In this document: positions 36,775 through 45,938 of the stretch, piece after piece
Position numbering within the stretch: the stretch's first letter is position 1
Layout of the letters: the number at the start of each line of letters is the position of its first letter
NCBI GenBank assembly: GCA_964512185.1
Contig: CAZEJJ010000011.1
Span: 5,131 to 69,130 of the forward strand
DNA: 64,000 nucleotides
Reading direction: 5' to 3'
DNA from: an uncultured Enterobacterales bacterium
GTDB taxonomy: Bacteria; Myxococcota_A; UBA796; JAFGLY01
Translations under genes and position numbers: made by a program
Notes under the pieces: generated by a model
Told to the model about the DNA's origin: nothing
What the model saw: the letters and a program-made list of their open reading frames with translations, nothing else
The model's database searches: none

Positions 36775-39700
36775 ATGGCGTCGCTGCTGCTCGCTCTGCT
36801 GGTCCTGCTGCCGATCCCGGCGCGCGGGGAGCTCCCCATGCCCGCCTTTCCCGGCTGCGGGGAGCCCGACCGCGAGGATCTCTGTCCGCAGGACCTGGAT
36901 GAGACCTGGTGGCTCATCTCCTATGTGCCGCCCGCTGCGCGCGATGGAGTGCGCGAGGCCGAGCTCGAGGTGGGCTCGGGCTGCCACGCCGACTCCGCCT
37001 GGCAGACCACGCCGGGCCGCTGGGACGCGCTGATCGCGGTGCTGGACTCGGGCATCGAGTGGGACGAGGACGATCTCAGCTACAAGGTGCGCATCAACTC
37101 CGGCGAGCTGCCCCTGCCCCAGCTGGCCGACGGCAGCCAGGCCGAGAGCTACGACCTCGATGGCAACGGGCTGGTCAACCTGGCGGACTGGAGCGAGGAT
37201 CCGCGGGTGGAGTGGACCGCCGGCGGCGACACCGCCGATCACATGCTGGATCCCTCCGATCTGATCCATACCGCCTGGGGGGAGGACTGGGACGGCCAGG
37301 ACAACGACGGCAACGGCTACACCGATGACATCGCCGGCTGGGATTTCATGGCCCACGACAACGATCCCTTCAACACCTACGAGCGCGAGGAGTACGGCAC
37401 CCACGGCACCGGGGTGATGCGCAACATCGGCGCCGAGGGCAACGACGGAGGGGACATCGGGGTCTGCCCGAACTGCGCCATCCTGCCTGTGCGCGTGGGC
37501 CACGCCTTCATCTCCGACGCCGCTCGCGTGGCCGAGGCCATCGTCTTCGCCGTGGACTCCGGTGCGGCCGTCATCAACCTGTCCATCGGAGCCCTGTCCC
37601 ACTCGGCCCAGGTGGACGCCGCCCTCGCCTGGGCCTGGCAGAACGACGTGGTGGTCTCCGCCGCCGCCGGCGACGAGAACAGCTTCCACACCAACTACCC
37701 CTCTGTGGCCCCCAACGTGCTGTACGTGCACAGCATCCGCGCCGACAGCCTGGACGAGGACGACAGCGCCTACTCGTACCAGAACTTCTTCAACTGCAAC
37801 AACTTCGGGCCGCGCACGGTCATGTCGGCCACAGGGCGGGGCTGTGCCACCTCCGCGGCGGCCATGACCTCGGGCTCCGCTGGTCTGCTGGTCTCCGCTG
37901 GCCGGGACCAGGGGTTGGACCTGTCCACCAGCGAGCTGAACCAGCTGCTCACCGGGGCGGTCGACGACATCTGGCTCAGCGACGAAGAGCTGGAGATCGC
38001 GGGCAGCTATCCATCGGCTGAAGGCTGGGATCCCTTCTATGGCTACGGCAAGCTCAACGTGGCGCGAGCGGTGGAGCGGGTGCTCGGAGGCGAGATCCCA
38101 CCCGAGGTGGAGATCCACAGCCCTGACTGGTTCGGCTACGTGGACGCCAATGTCACCTCGGAGCTGGTGGTGGAGGGCCGGGTGGCGGCGGACCGGGCCG
38201 GGTCATGGAGCTACCGCGTCGAGCTGGGGACGGGCTGGGATCCGCGGGACTGGACCGAGCTCGGCTCCGGCAGCGGCAGTGAGCCCCTGGAAGGGGAGCT
38301 GGCGGTGCTGGACCTGGCGGAGCTGCCGCCGGAGGTGCTGGCGCCCGTGGCCCTGCCCACCGTCGACGAGGGCGTCCTCGAGCGGGTGGAGCGGGTGCAC
38401 GCGCCGGCTCTGACGGTGCGCATCATCGTCCAGGACGACCAGGGCCGTGAGGCCAGCCTGCGGCGCAGCTTCTTCGTGCGCGACGATCCGGATCTGCTCG
38501 CTGGTTTTCCGGTGTCGGTGGGCTCCTCGGGCGAGGCCAGCCCCGTGCTGGCCGATCTCGACGGCGACGCCGTGCTGGAGGTGGTGCTGGCCACCTCGGG
38601 TGGCGAGGTCCTCGTGCTGCGAGGTGACGGCAGCGCCTTCGAGGGCTTCCCGGTCAGCTCCCAGCCGCCGCCGGAGATGGAGCTGTACGCGGGCAGCGCC
38701 GGCTACCAGCAGGGCGCTGTGCCCCCTGGCGCTGGTGACGGCTTCATCGCGGCGCCCGCCGTGGGTGACCTGGACGCTGATGGCACGCCCGAGGTGGTGG
38801 CGGCCACCATGGCCGGGGCCCTCTACGCCTGGTCCGAGGGGCAGCTGGTGGATGGCTTCCCGCGCTGGACTCTGGGGCGCGAGCCGGAGGAGTTCGACGG
38901 CGACGACGTGTGGGACCGCGGCTACTGGGCGGCGCCAACACTCTACGATCTCGATGATGACGGCACTCTGGAGATCATAGCCGCTTCCATGGACGGGCGG
39001 ATCTATGTCCTGGACCACCAGGGCCAGGACTGGGGGCCCTACCCGCTGGAGCTCTGCCTGCCGGAGAACTGCGGCGAGCTCGGGGCTCCCATCGTGTGCA
39101 GCCCGTCCGTGGGCGATGTGGACGGCGACGGTGACGCCGACATCGCGGTGGGTAGCAACGAGACCGCCGTGGACGGGCGCTTCTCGGTGAGCTTCCTGCT
39201 GGACGCCAGCAGCGGCGAGGCGCTGGAGGGCTGGCCGCGCACCACCCAGGGGCTGGTGGGCGAGGCCTCGCTGATCCCCATCGTGGGCGAGGGGCATCCG
39301 GCCAGCATCTCCCTGGCGGACCTCGACGGGGACGGCGACCTGGAGCTGGCGGATGCGGTCTTCCTGGCGCACACGCAGCTGCTGCAGCACGACGGGAGCG
39401 AGCTGTTCGAGCTGGCCCACTTCCAGGATCAGTACGGGGTGGATGCCAACGTGGACGAGCCATCCCTGGTGCACTTCGCCGAGCACCCCGCCTTCGGCGA
39501 CCTGACCGGCGATGGGGTGCCTGACCTGGTGCAAGGCGGCGTGGGCACCATGTTCCTGGTGGCGCTGCCGCTGAGCATCCACCGCGAGTATCAGCAGCCG
39601 GTGGCAGCCTGGGACGGCACGAGCGGGGCCTTCCTGCGCGGCTGGCCGCGACAGGTGGAGGATCTGCAGTTCTTCATGGCGCCCGCCGTGGCCGACATCA

Positions 39701-40134
39701 GCGGTGATGGGAAGGCCGAGGCCATCATGGTGAGCGGTGGCTACCTCGTGCACGCCTTCGACGAGGGCGGAGCCAGCCCCGCCGGTTGGCCCAAGTTCAC
39801 CGGGCAGTGGCTCATCGGCTCACCCGCGGTGGGAGACATCGACGGCGATGGTCGGCTCGACGTGGTGGCCATCACCCGCGGCGGACTCCTGTTCGCCTGG
39901 GCCACTGAGGGCCCCGCCAGCGGCGTCGTGGAGTGGGCCTCGGTACACCACGACGCTCGAAACACCGGCAACTACGAGCTGCCGCTGCCGCGGCAGGCCG
40001 GTCCCCCCATCCAGGAGCAGCAGCCCTCGGGTTGCTGCCGCTCCGACGGTTCAGCGGACTCGGCCTGGCTCCTGCTGCCGGTCTGGCTGCTGTGGGGACT
40101 GGGCCGCTCGCGCGGGCGTCTCTCCGGTCTCTGA
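36775..40134 (+). CDS. Secreted subtilisin-like (S8) serine protease fused to an FG-GAP/VCBS beta-propeller, with a MYXO-CTERM-like tail
   Basis: Asp IAVLDSGIEWDEDD, His YGTHGTGVM, Ser GCATSAAAMTSGSAG. Eight DxDGDG-type repeats (LADLDGDAVLEVV, VGDLDADGTPEVV, LYDLDDDGTLEII, VGDVDGDGDADIAV, LADLDGDGDLELA, FGDLTGDGVPDLV, VADISGDGKAEAI, VGDIDGDGRLDVV). Tail PSGCCRSDGSADSAWLLLPVWLLWGLGRSRGR. Confidence 0.8.
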   Translation: MASLLLALLVLLPIPARGELPMPAFPGCGEPDREDLCPQDLDETWWLISYVPPAARDGVREAELEVGSGCHADSAWQTTPGRWDALIAVLDSGIEWDEDDLSYKVRINSGELPLPQLADGSQAESYDLDGNGLVNLADWSEDPRVEWTAGGDTADHMLDPSDLIHTAWGEDWDGQDNDGNGYTDDIAGWDFMAHDNDPFNTYEREEYGTHGTGVMRNIGAEGNDGGDIGVCPNCAILPVRVGHAFISDAARVAEAIVFAVDSGAAVINLSIGALSHSAQVDAALAWAWQNDVVVSAAAGDENSFHTNYPSVAPNVLYVHSIRADSLDEDDSAYSYQNFFNCNNFGPRTVMSATGRGCATSAAAMTSGSAGLLVSAGRDQGLDLSTSELNQLLTGAVDDIWLSDEELEIAGSYPSAEGWDPFYGYGKLNVARAVERVLGGEIPPEVEIHSPDWFGYVDANVTSELVVEGRVAADRAGSWSYRVELGTGWDPRDWTELGSGSGSEPLEGELAVLDLAELPPEVLAPVALPTVDEGVLERVERVHAPALTVRIIVQDDQGREASLRRSFFVRDDPDLLAGFPVSVGSSGEASPVLADLDGDAVLEVVLATSGGEVLVLRGDGSAFEGFPVSSQPPPEMELYAGSAGYQQGAVPPGAGDGFIAAPAVGDLDADGTPEVVAATMAGALYAWSEGQLVDGFPRWTLGREPEEFDGDDVWDRGYWAAPTLYDLDDDGTLEIIAASMDGRIYVLDHQGQDWGPYPLELCLPENCGELGAPIVCSPSVGDVDGDGDADIAVGSNETAVDGRFSVSFLLDASSGEALEGWPRTTQGLVGEASLIPIVGEGHPASISLADLDGDGDLELADAVFLAHTQLLQHDGSELFELAHFQDQYGVDANVDEPSLVHFAEHPAFGDLTGDGVPDLVQGGVGTMFLVALPLSIHREYQQPVAAWDGTSGAFLRGWPRQVEDLQFFMAPAVADISGDGKAEAIMVSGGYLVHAFDEGGASPAGWPKFTGQWLIGSPAVGDIDGDGRLDVVAITRGGLLFAWATEGPASGVVEWASVHHDARNTGNYELPLPRQAGPPIQEQQPSGCCRSDGSADSAWLLLPVWLLWGLGRSRGRLSGL

Positions 40135-40332
40135 GAGCCTTTTGGGAATTATCGCTTTGTGTGTAGGGGATCGTGGGCGTTGAAGCTGCCAGAAGCTGCA
40201 CACAGCCCCGCCGTTGGTTCACAGGCCAGCGGTGGCTGCTTCTCCGGTGTCGGCGCGCTGTCTTTCTGCGATGTTCACGTTGACAAGCTGAGAACCCAGG
40301 GACAAGGCCGCGGATCCAAGGCTATACTCCAC

Positions 40333-40385
40333 CGGAGCCCGCAGGCGGAGGGTGCCCGCCGCGGCTCCAGGCGCTCCGTTTTTTT
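40333..40385 (+). terminator. GC-rich hairpin followed by T7: an intrinsic-terminator-like or leader element
   Basis: CGGAGC...GCTCCG closes an inner GGCGG-agggtgc-CCGCC stem, followed directly by TTTTTTT (40379-40385). It lies 200 nt after the protease stop and 54 nt before the next ATG. Confidence 0.4.
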
Positions 40386-40438
40386 CGTGTCCGCCCGGTT
40401 CCTGGTACAACCAGAAACGACCGCGAAGGAGTAACGCC

Positions 40439-41236
40439 ATGTCACGCACCTCTGTGTTCTTTCTCGCACTCGCCTGTGTCGGCTGTGTCCCCACCGGGAC
40501 CTACCAGGGTAGGCTGGTGGACGCCATCTCCGGCCAAGCGCTGGCCGACATCAGGCTGCTGGCCAAGTCCGAGCCCATGTCGTCGGATCTCACCTGCCAG
40601 ATCTTCGAGGCCACCACCGGTCCCGATGGCAGCTTCAGCTTCGAGGGCCTCTGCGGCAGCGACACCTACAACGTCGAGCCCTCCATGAAGTTCATGCTGC
40701 TCGACGGCATCGAGCAGATCACCGGTGGAGTCCAGGCCACCACCACCGTGGAGACCAAGGTGTGGCGCGCTCCTGGAGCGGGTGTCTACATCCTCGATGG
40801 CGAAGCCATGAAGAAGCAGAGCACGCTGGCCGACGTGGAATCCAAGAACGTGCTCGACTCCGAAGAGCTGGCCTGGTTCCCCACCACGCTCCCCAGCAAG
40901 CTCAACAAGGTGGAGCCCGGGCAGTTCCTGATGATCTCGGGCAAGCGCAACGTGGAGAAGCTGCACTTCCTGCCCCTCATCGAGAGCGGCGTCCGCGTCT
41001 TCGGCACCTCGGCTGAGAAGGACGAGGACGAAGCCTGGACCTACATCGGCATCCGCTTCGAGAGCGACACCGAGTTCGAGCGCGTGCAGGCCACGCCCGC
41101 CGCCGACAAGGTCCTCGAGGTCAAGCAGGGCGACCGCCAGGTGCACTACGTGCCGGGCGATGCCCTCCCCGCGGGCCAGTACGCCCTGTGGGAGACCGAG
41201 GGCCGCCGCACCTACATGCTCGAGTTCTCTGGTTAG
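40439..41236 (+). CDS. Lipoprotein with a carboxypeptidase-regulatory-like domain
   Basis: GAAGGAG RBS. MSRTSVFFLALACVGC lipobox. GRLVDAISGQALADIRLLAKS...TTGPDGSFSFEGL. Confidence 0.6.
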   Translation: MSRTSVFFLALACVGCVPTGTYQGRLVDAISGQALADIRLLAKSEPMSSDLTCQIFEATTGPDGSFSFEGLCGSDTYNVEPSMKFMLLDGIEQITGGVQATTTVETKVWRAPGAGVYILDGEAMKKQSTLADVESKNVLDSEELAWFPTTLPSKLNKVEPGQFLMISGKRNVEKLHFLPLIESGVRVFGTSAEKDEDEAWTYIGIRFESDTEFERVQATPAADKVLEVKQGDRQVHYVPGDALPAGQYALWETEGRRTYMLEFSG

Positions 41237-41655
41237 CTCGCCCCGTTCCCCCAGATGCTGAGCACCACGCTGCGCCCGCGAGCGCGGCGGCGGTGCTCCC
41301 AGAGGTAGACCCCCTGCCAGGTGCCCAGGGCGAGCCGCCCGTCCACCACCGGGATGTTCAGCGAGGTGGCGGTCAGCGCGCTGCGCACGTGGGCGGGCAT
41401 GTCGTCGGGGCCTTCGTCGATGTGCCGGTAGATGGGATCGCCCTCGGGGACCAGGCGCTGGAGGAAGGCCTGCAGATCGCGCTGTACGTCGGGATCGGCG
41501 TTTTCCTGGATGGTGAGCGAGGCGGAGGTGTGCCGCACGAACAGGTTGCACATCCCGCTGTGCACTCCGCTGTCGGCCACGGCAGCGGCCACCTGGGCGG
41601 TGAAGTCGTGCAGGCCCTGGCGGGCGGCGGGCAGGCGCAGCAGCAGCTGGAACAC
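41233..41655 (-). CDS. yjbQ: YjbQ/UPF0047 family protein (secondary thiamine-phosphate synthase family)
   Basis: GTG start at 41655. GLHDFTAQV, CNLFVRHTSASLTIQENADPDVQRDL, EGPDDMPAHVRSALT, LGTWQGVYLWEHR. Confidence 0.75.
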   Translation of the reverse strand: MFQLLLRLPAARQGLHDFTAQVAAAVADSGVHSGMCNLFVRHTSASLTIQENADPDVQRDLQAFLQRLVPEGDPIYRHIDEGPDDMPAHVRSALTATSLNIPVVDGRLALGTWQGVYLWEHRRRARGRSVVLSIWGNGAS

Positions 41656-41656
41656 G

Positions 41657-42229
41657 TCAGGTCCCGGGGGTGTCGCGGCGGCAGAGCGCGAAGTGGAAGC
41701 CGGCGTATTCTCCCTTCTTGAATGCCTTGCCGATGACCACGTGCTGGCTGACGCGGCGCACCACGTCCACCATGTGGCCATAGACCAGCACCGAGATCCC
41801 CGCGTCGTTGGGCTTGGGGGGCGGGAACTCCGCGAAGCCGGGCTCCGGGGGCGTGGAGTAGTCGAAGACGAGCTCGCCGGGCTGCTCGGTGGAGCCGGTG
41901 ACCACGAAGCTTCCGGCTCCCACCAGCCACCTCCAGGGCTGCTGGTTGTAGCCCTTGACCTGTCCCCGGTGCAGGGCCATGGGCTTCTGGAAGTGGCGGA
42001 AGGCGGGCGCGGAATTGATGCCCTGGTGGACCACCACCTGCCCTTCGGCGGCGTGCATGGCCGACAGCTCGAGGGTCTGTCCCACCGCCAGCTCGAAGAG
42101 GGTGGCCAGCTGGGCCCGCGGGAGGCGCGCCAGCCATGCCAGGCGGGCTTCTTCGCCGGCGGCGTCGAGCGCCGAGCTGAGGGTCGCCAGCTCTGCGTCG
42201 GCGGGCAGCGGGATCGGGGTGTCGGACAT
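41657..42229 (-). CDS. Hypothetical protein (190 aa)
   Basis: GC3-rich ORF. Its stop TGA is 1 nt from the yjbQ GTG (TGAcGTG). No family recognised with confidence. Confidence 0.5.
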   Translation of the reverse strand: MSDTPIPLPADAELATLSSALDAAGEEARLAWLARLPRAQLATLFELAVGQTLELSAMHAAEGQVVVHQGINSAPAFRHFQKPMALHRGQVKGYNQQPWRWLVGAGSFVVTGSTEQPGELVFDYSTPPEPGFAEFPPPKPNDAGISVLVYGHMVDVVRRVSQHVVIGKAFKKGEYAGFHFALCRRDTPGT

Positions 42230-42262
42230 GGCCCACTCCGGAGGAAGCGTGGTCGCCTGTAG

Positions 42263-43900
42263 CTAACGCGGCGGGGGGACGAGGATGAGCTCCGCGCTGC
42301 CCAATCGCTGGGCTTCGCGGATGCCGAGCCAGCCTCCGTCCACCATGTTGTCCAGGATGCCCTGCAGCCGCGTCCGGTTGGGTCGGCCGTCCAGGTACCA
42401 CCGCTCGTGGTAGCGCCGCGGGCTGGGGAGCAAGGCGGCCAGGAAGGCGGCCTCCAGGGGGCTCACGCGGGAGGGCCGCTTCATGAAGTAGACCTCGCAG
42501 GCTGCGCCGATGCCGTGGATGCCCGGCCCGAATTCCACGACGTTGAGGTAGAGCTCGAGGACCCGCTCCTTGCCGAGGCTGCGATCCAGCTCCACCGCCA
42601 GGAGCAGCTCGCGCAGCTTGCGGACCAGGGTCTGTTCGCCATCCAGGAAGAGGTTCTTGGCCAGCTGTTGGCTGATGGTGGAGCCGCCGCGGAGCACCAG
42701 GCCGGCCTCGATGTCCGCGTCCAGCGCGGCCTGGATGGCCTCGGGGTCGTAGCCTGCGTGTCGGAAGAAGGCGCTGTCCTCGGCCGCCAGCAGCGCGTGC
42801 ACCAGGTCGGGGGACACCTGGGACAGCGGCGTCCAGCCGGGGGTGTTGTCGCCGGTGCGGCGCGGGACGCGCTCGCCGTGCTCGTCCAGGACCATGGTGG
42901 TGAAGGCTCCCCACTGCAGGTCCAGGCCGGGCTCCACCGCTCCGCTCACCGCCAGGTCCTGGAGGCGGAGCTCGGCGCTGTGGGTGCCCCGCGGGGACCA
43001 GCGTGCCGAGGCCCCGATGGTGCCCGAAACGCGCGCCTGGTCCAGCTCCGGTACCAGCGGCTCCAGGGGGACCAGCACCTCCTGGGCCGGGCTGTCGGGC
43101 AGCTCGAGCTCCAGCACCGGCAGCCCTCCCTCGTCGATGCGCGCACCCCAGGTGAGGGTGGGCCCCCCCAGGTGGAGCTGGCCCTGCAGCCAGGGTCGCT
43201 CCAGGCCGCCGTCGTGACCCGCGAAGGAGCCGCGCAGGCTGAGGTCCGGCAGGCTGTCCGCCGCCAGCAGGGGGTGGTCCAGGCGCAGGCCCCGGCCGGA
43301 GATGGAGCCGCCGATCTCGCCGGAATCCACGGACCAGTCCAGGACCAGCTCGAGCGGGCCCTTGAGGGGGGTGTGCACCAGGCTTCGCTGTAGCTCGAGG
43401 TGGTAGCCGGCGTCGGCCTGGCGCAGGCGGAGGCCCTCGCCGCTCAGGTCCATGGGGCTGAGGCTGCCGCGCAGCTCTTCGGCAAGCACCAGTCCGCCCA
43501 CCCGCAGGCGCATGCCCTCGACGCGCGTGATGGCTGCGAGCTGGGCGATGGAGGCCATGCTGGGAGCGGGGGGGCCTCCCGGGGCCTGCGCCTGGCTACC
43601 GATGGTGGGGAGCCAGCCCGCGATGTCAAGGTCGACGCCGGACAGCAGCAGGGTCCTGGGCCAGGGGTTCAGCTCGGCCCGGGTCACCTGGAGGCCCGGA
43701 CAGGTGATCTCTTCCAGGAGCAGCCGCGGGCCGGACCAGGCGCTGGACTCCACCTGGCAGCCGCGCTCGGCGAGCAGGGCGCTGGCCTTGTTCTCCAGGG
43801 CCTGGGTGGCCAGGAAGCCGCCCAGGATGGCCATGGCCGCCAGGCCCAGGAGCCAGGGCAGGCTGCGCCGGAGGCGCGAGGAGGGCTCGGCAGGGCTCAA
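42263..43900 (-). CDS. Monofunctional peptidoglycan glycosyltransferase (GT51) with a long N-terminal membrane-anchored domain
   Basis: AAEDSAFFRHAGYD, RGGSTISQQLAKNLFL, RKLRELLLAVELD, YLNVVEFG. Confidence 0.8.
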   Translation of the reverse strand: MSPAEPSSRLRRSLPWLLGLAAMAILGGFLATQALENKASALLAERGCQVESSAWSGPRLLLEEITCPGLQVTRAELNPWPRTLLLSGVDLDIAGWLPTIGSQAQAPGGPPAPSMASIAQLAAITRVEGMRLRVGGLVLAEELRGSLSPMDLSGEGLRLRQADAGYHLELQRSLVHTPLKGPLELVLDWSVDSGEIGGSISGRGLRLDHPLLAADSLPDLSLRGSFAGHDGGLERPWLQGQLHLGGPTLTWGARIDEGGLPVLELELPDSPAQEVLVPLEPLVPELDQARVSGTIGASARWSPRGTHSAELRLQDLAVSGAVEPGLDLQWGAFTTMVLDEHGERVPRRTGDNTPGWTPLSQVSPDLVHALLAAEDSAFFRHAGYDPEAIQAALDADIEAGLVLRGGSTISQQLAKNLFLDGEQTLVRKLRELLLAVELDRSLGKERVLELYLNVVEFGPGIHGIGAACEVYFMKRPSRVSPLEAAFLAALLPSPRRYHERWYLDGRPNRTRLQGILDNMVDGGWLGIREAQRLGSAELILVPPPR

Positions 43901-45255
43901 GCGGATCCGCTGTCGTGCGAGCGATCCAGGCCCTTGACCTCCGAGAGGGCGGCGGACTCGGTGGGCTCCGGGGCCAGGATGGTCACCAGGTCGGCCACCG
44001 GGAGATCGAGGGCCTGGTTGATGGCCTCCATGGCCGTTGCCACGGCGTCGCTGCCGGGGGCGTCGTTGTCGCAGGTGGGCACGCTCACGTCGCGGCAGGC
44101 GCGCACCACGCGGGCTGCCGACAGGGAGTGCAGCGGCTGGGCTGGCAGCCAGGACCCTCCACCATCGGTGGCCACCACGATGCCAGCGGTCTCCAGCATG
44201 TCAAGGGCTTCGTCCACGGCCCGGCTGGGTGCCCCCAGCAGCTGGCAGACCTGCAGGGTGGAGACCGGGCCGCCGCCATCCAGGAAGTGGCGGGCCATGC
44301 CCACCAGCACCTGGAGGCCGAAGCAGGGATCGGGGCGCCGCCGCCAGATGTCTCCCATGCGCAGGCGGTCGCGTTCTTCGGCCAGCAGGGGCCTGGCGTG
44401 GTGCACCACGTAGGCCACCTCGACGCCCAGCAGCACCACCAGCCAGAGCAGGTAGATGTAGAAGAGGAAGACCGGGAACAGAGCGAGACCACCGTAGAGC
44501 CGCACCATGGTGTTGGAGGCGCCCAGCAGGGTGGTGTAGGCGCTGAAGCCCACCTTGAGCAGCTCGAACAGGATGGCGCTGATCAGGCCACCGGTGATGG
44601 CCGCCCGCCAGCGCACCTCGGTGTGGGGCAGCAGCTTGACCGCCAGCACGAAGGCGCTGGAGGTGAGCGCGACGGGGACAGCCGAGCCCAGGATGCCCGA
44701 GGGCAGCGTGGTGCCCAGCGAGGAGGTGGCGGCGAAGCCCGCGGAGAGCAGCAAGGGACCGAGGGTGACCACCGTGTAGAACAGGGTGATGCGCAGCAGC
44801 CAACGCCGCCGCTGTCGGACGCGGAAGATGTCGCTGTAGGCCTGCTCCACGCTGGTGTACATCTTGGAGCCCGCCACGAGCACGCCCAGGAAGCCGATGA
44901 CCCCGAGGGCCTCGAGCTTGACGCCGCCTACGATCTTGTCGAGCCAGGGGCCCACGTCGGTGACCGAACCCGCCAGGATGGTGGTGTACAGGCCGTCTTT
45001 GAGCTTGACCGCGACGGTGTCCAGCAGGCCCAGGGGGCCCATCAAGGCGAAGGCCAGGGCCAGCACGGGCACGATGGCGACGAGGGTCCAGTAGCTCAGG
45101 GTGGCCGCGCGCACGAAGAGCTGGTCGTTGCGAGCCTGGCGCCACAGGGCGATGCTGCCGTGGATGGAGGTGAGCAACACCCGCTGCCACAGGGGCTTGT
45201 AGACGGTGCCCGCCAGTCCCTGGTAGGCGTCCATGATGCGAGACAGAGCGCTCAA
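43897..45255 (-). CDS. YihY/BrkB family membrane protein with a C-terminal soluble extension
   Basis: FVRAATLSYWTLVAIVPVLALAF, six hydrophobic segments. It overlaps the next gene by 4 nt. Confidence 0.75.
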   Translation of the reverse strand: MSALSRIMDAYQGLAGTVYKPLWQRVLLTSIHGSIALWRQARNDQLFVRAATLSYWTLVAIVPVLALAFALMGPLGLLDTVAVKLKDGLYTTILAGSVTDVGPWLDKIVGGVKLEALGVIGFLGVLVAGSKMYTSVEQAYSDIFRVRQRRRWLLRITLFYTVVTLGPLLLSAGFAATSSLGTTLPSGILGSAVPVALTSSAFVLAVKLLPHTEVRWRAAITGGLISAILFELLKVGFSAYTTLLGASNTMVRLYGGLALFPVFLFYIYLLWLVVLLGVEVAYVVHHARPLLAEERDRLRMGDIWRRRPDPCFGLQVLVGMARHFLDGGGPVSTLQVCQLLGAPSRAVDEALDMLETAGIVVATDGGGSWLPAQPLHSLSAARVVRACRDVSVPTCDNDAPGSDAVATAMEAINQALDLPVADLVTILAPEPTESAALSEVKGLDRSHDSGSA

Positions 45256-45277
45256 GGGATCCTCGCGGTGTGCGGCG

Positions 45278-45871
45278 CTAGCGCCGGCCGCAGGCGCGGT
45301 CCACCGCCTGCTCGTAGCTGAACAGCCCGGCTTCGAAGCCTGCGATTCGTCGCATGGCCGCCTGGTAGGCGGTCTCGGCGGCCTCTTCCAGGCGATGGGC
45401 AGCGGCCATGGCCTCAGCGTCCTGGTTGCAGGGGTAGGTCTTGATGCAGTTCTGCATGGAGAGCTGGCCGCGAGCCAGGTCGCGCTCGGCGTCAGCGATG
45501 GCCTGGGCGCGGCGGCTGTCCACCCGTGCCCGCTCGGCGCTCAGGGCTCCACGGGCCTGGGTGCACTCCGCCGTCTCCTGCACCTGCACCTCTTGCTGGC
45601 CCGGGGCAGGGAGCAGGTCGGGCAGTGGAGCGGGGGTGGTGGCCGGAGGCGGCGTGGGAGGGGTCGTGGCGGCGGCGGGCGCGGGGGCCGGATCGGCGCC
45701 CATCAGGTCGCCCAGGCTGGTGCCGCTCGAGGCCGGTTCGTCGTCCACCAGGCCCGGCTCGGGCCCACCACCACAGGCCAGCGCCAGCGCCAGGCTCGTG
45801 GTGGCGGTGGCAGCCAGGAAGGGGAACTTGGGGATGCGCAAGGCGGTGGGTCCTCCATCGGCTTGGATCAT
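45278..45871 (-). CDS. Lipoprotein, hypothetical
   Basis: ATG at 45869-45871. MIQADGGPTALRIPKFPFLAATATTSLALALACGGG lipobox, a Pro/Thr/Ala linker, and a helical Cys-containing C-terminus. Confidence 0.55.
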   Translation of the reverse strand: MIQADGGPTALRIPKFPFLAATATTSLALALACGGGPEPGLVDDEPASSGTSLGDLMGADPAPAPAAATTPPTPPPATTPAPLPDLLPAPGQQEVQVQETAECTQARGALSAERARVDSRRAQAIADAERDLARGQLSMQNCIKTYPCNQDAEAMAAAHRLEEAAETAYQAAMRRIAGFEAGLFSYEQAVDRACGRR

Positions 45872-45934
45872 AGCAGGCCGCGCTGCGGCGGCGAGGTTGC
45901 GGGTCGCAGTAGGTTCGGGGTTCTGTCGCCTGCT
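45872..45934. mobile_element. 63-bp partial copy (right arm) of the MITE-like element at 62596-62795
   Basis: 45901-45934 matches 62761-62794 at 33 of 34 positions (GGGyCGCAGTAGGTTCGGGGTTCTGTCGCCTGCT). Its ends are AGCAGGC...GCCTGCT. Confidence 0.45.
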
Positions 45935-45938
45935 GAGA

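Noticed and set aside
36703-39753. Minus-strand ORFs 36703-38118 and 38203-39753
   Set aside because: They are antisense to the S8 protease/FG-GAP gene, which has a catalytic triad and eight repeats in the plus frame.
40280-40328. TTGACA and TATACT hexamers as a sigma-70 promoter
   Set aside because: The hexamers are 37 nt apart, far from the 16-18 nt spacing needed. No alternative -10 lies 17 nt after the TTGACA.
45906-45934. tRNA-like fragment or att site suggested by GGTTCGGGGTTC in the repeated element
   Set aside because: There is no complementary T-stem, acceptor stem or CCA context, and no integrase nearby. The repeat is better explained as the arm of the inverted-repeat element at 62596-62795.
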